Shown here one piece after another: positions 62,062 to 64,000 of a stretch of DNA of 64,000 nt. Origin of the DNA: Thermodesulfobacteriota bacterium (lineage in GTDB: Bacteria; Desulfobacterota; Desulfobulbia; Desulfobulbales; SURF-16); NCBI GenBank assembly GCA_039715015.1, contig JBDLIE010000007.1, positions 1 to 64,000 on the forward strand, written 5' to 3'. Both the position numbers and the translations under genes were made by a program. Under the pieces are notes generated by a model. That model saw only the letters and a program-made list of their open reading frames with translations, had not been told where the DNA came from and did no database searches. Numbering within the stretch: position 1 is the stretch's first letter; each line of letters begins with the position of its first letter.

Positions 62062-62094
62062 GGGATGGGTGGCTGAGTATCAACCACCCATCCC
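62062..62094 (-). other. Strong intergenic RNA hairpin between nrfD-like 2 and merR 2
   Basis: Minus-strand GGGATGGGTGGTTGA-TAC-TCAGCCACCCATCCC with no U-tract. Confidence 0.7.
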
Positions 62095-62119
62095 CGACAC
62101 ACGAGATTTCAAGGAAATA

Positions 62120-63313
62120 TTAATGATCCTCAGACAGATGGCCCTTAAAGAGCTGCTCGCCCATAAGGAACATCATGCCACAAAGACCCATTGCGCCAAC
62201 CACGATAGCGATCTCGTGGAATGTTGGCATATAGGAAAAGAGATGGGGAAGATCAATAATACCCATGCCATGAAAATGGGGCACAAGCATACCAACAACA
62301 ACCAGATCATAGCGCATAAAAAAGATGCCGATAACACTGGATACAGATGCGATAAACAGCCCGGTCATGGACTTGGCACGTACTGCAAGGATGATGACAA
62401 AGGGAATCACCAGACCCATCATGACCTCTCCGATCCAGAAATTAGTGGCATATGGCCCGGAAATGAGGCTCATCATAGCTTCATATTTTCCTGGAGGCTG
62501 ACCACTCACACCGGAAATCATCTTCCAGCAGGTGAAGAACATAATAACAGTGATCAGCAATGCGCCAAGCTTAGCAGTGGAGCTCAAGGAACTCTTAAGC
62601 TTGTCGCTCATTTCCCAACCATTGGCCTTATAGGCAATCCAGGTAAAAAAGACCACGGCAGCACAGCCTGACATCATGGCAGAGGTAATGAAGTAAATAG
62701 GCATATAAGGGCCATGCCAGAACTCACGACCACTGAGGAGCCCAAATACGGCACCCAGGTTAGAATGGGCAGCAATACCAGCAACCACACCGGCAAGACC
62801 CAGCATACCAGCTTCCTTATGCTTACCCATCTGCAATAAGGCAAACTCAATAAGCATAAAGAAAAGATAGGCGCCATACAGGGTGCCCATCCACCAGATA
62901 TTGGATGTTAGGTTAGGTGAAGTCAAATTATAGATAGCCATACGCCAAGGGTTTTCAATTTCGAACCCGATGACGAGAAAGCCAGCAATAATTGTGGAAA
63001 TGGCCATAAAAACAGAACGTTTGGCAATGGGCTGAAATTGTTCAACACCAAAGACATGACCAATTGAAGACACCAGACACAGTCCGGTGGAAGTTACTAC
63101 AAAAAAAACATAAGCGGCGATAAGCAGACCCCATGGCACATCACGAGTGTTACCAAAGGCGTGGTCATGACCGATAAAGAAGGCATGAAAACCTGCGGCC
63201 ACACCAACAAGAGCCAAAAGACCCATTATTGCAATAGCTGCGTTGTACTTACCGGAAGTGGAAACTTCTAGCCCCTGATCTTGGGGCAATACTTTAGCGA
63301 GAATATTATTCAT
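62120..63313 (-). CDS. NrfD/PsrC-family membrane anchor, copy 2
   Basis: VPWGLLIAAY, ENPWR, SNIWWMGTLY, RYDLVVVG; clear paralog of copy 1; GAGGAG RBS before ATG 63313. Confidence 0.9.
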   Translation of the reverse strand: MNNILAKVLPQDQGLEVSTSGKYNAAIAIMGLLALVGVAAGFHAFFIGHDHAFGNTRDVPWGLLIAAYVFFVVTSTGLCLVSSIGHVFGVEQFQPIAKRSVFMAISTIIAGFLVIGFEIENPWRMAIYNLTSPNLTSNIWWMGTLYGAYLFFMLIEFALLQMGKHKEAGMLGLAGVVAGIAAHSNLGAVFGLLSGREFWHGPYMPIYFITSAMMSGCAAVVFFTWIAYKANGWEMSDKLKSSLSSTAKLGALLITVIMFFTCWKMISGVSGQPPGKYEAMMSLISGPYATNFWIGEVMMGLVIPFVIILAVRAKSMTGLFIASVSSVIGIFFMRYDLVVVGMLVPHFHGMGIIDLPHLFSYMPTFHEIAIVVGAMGLCGMMFLMGEQLFKGHLSEDH

Positions 63314-63456
63314 TACGCTACTCCTCACATTTCATTTTTTTTTGGGGTTCAGCAGGTTCCTCTTTGAGTCCTGCCTCATCTGTAAAAACAATTTTCTGCG
63401 TTTCTCAAAAATGTCGGAAATTCTCTTCATCCTCCCGACATGTTAGAATTACAGGC

Positions 63457-63472
63457 TTGACCTTAAGGTCAA
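63457..63472. promoter_or_regulatory. Perfect 16-bp palindrome upstream of nrfD-like 2
   Basis: TTGACCTTAAGGTCAA, which contains a -35-like TTGACC on both strands. Confidence 0.55.
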
Positions 63473-64000
63473 ACAAGGTGTGGAGTGCAGCGCAACCAAT
63501 CCAAAAAACGAGAAAAAATACGCCTTCCATTTGCTCCTCCTTGATTAATTCTGGCCATGAATTCCAGCAGCCCAAGCTCCTCCTACCAAGAAAAAATTGA
63601 ACTGAACAATGTACCCATGGATCTTTATTAGGAATGAAATGCCATAAACATTTCCAACGGTTCGATGATTGGCGGATCTTCTCACCGTTTCCCCTGAATT
63701 CTTTCTTTTGTCTCCAAGTTCCTCCTTTGAAATTGTTGTCGACTGAAAATTTATTTTTTTAGCATATACTGACATACCCTAAACTTGTAAATCGACGTTG
63801 TCAACTTTTACATCATTTTTAATGCATTTTAATCCCTAAACCACAATATCAACATATTTAGAATAGCGCAATTTCTTCTTAATGGTGAAGTTATAATTTC
63901 CATTTTTTTCCAATATTACAACGACTTATTAAATAATTAATCCTTATTTTTCAATACTTTTTTCTCCATCCAGCTCATAAGAATGCTACAGCTCCCAAGT

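Noticed and set aside
493..63775. Numerous short ORFs overlapping the called genes on other frames or strands
   Set aside because: Shadow ORFs of well-supported genes, with no motifs or RBS support.
1..64000. rRNA, tRNA, CRISPR array, integrase or transposase genes
   Set aside because: I saw no cloverleaf, rRNA motifs, regular repeat-spacer pattern or recombinase motifs by eye; a covariance-model scan would be needed to exclude small RNAs.

Overview
A 64-kb chromosomal segment of a sulfate/sulfur-cycling Deltaproteobacterium; gene content and style suggest Desulfobulbales (inference, no database search run). The backbone is housekeeping: end of ssb, a CbpA/DnaJ-type chaperone, a 2-oxoacid:ferredoxin oxidoreductase pair, purC/purE/purD, mutL, tsaE/tsaC, greA, rpoH, lepA, engB, hisG/hisI, slyD, thiD, cutA, coaX, an LD-carboxypeptidase and plsC, with several signalling genes. 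I found no rRNA, tRNA, CRISPR array or transposase. The most interesting part is 53.8-63.5 kb. It holds two paralogous NrfD/PsrC membrane anchors, each followed by a strong hairpin and an HspR-like MerR regulator with a C-W-x4-C-x7-C tail. Between them lie a Tat-exported 4x[4Fe-4S] protein plus triheme cytochrome c operon and a sigma54 activator with four PAS domains (three are near-identical Cys-triad repeats). There is also a consensus sigma54 promoter with repeated GCGCA-N3-TGCGC palindromes upstream, and no molybdopterin catalytic subunit in the window. Elements not resolved by the ORF track include a frameshifted RsbW-like/STAS relic, an HDOD-GAF gene fragment, a TetR operator and a REP-like pair. 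A translationally coupled RHH/small-protein pair with a repeat-covered promoter and a large TPR/beta-barrel exporter-like gene also stand out.
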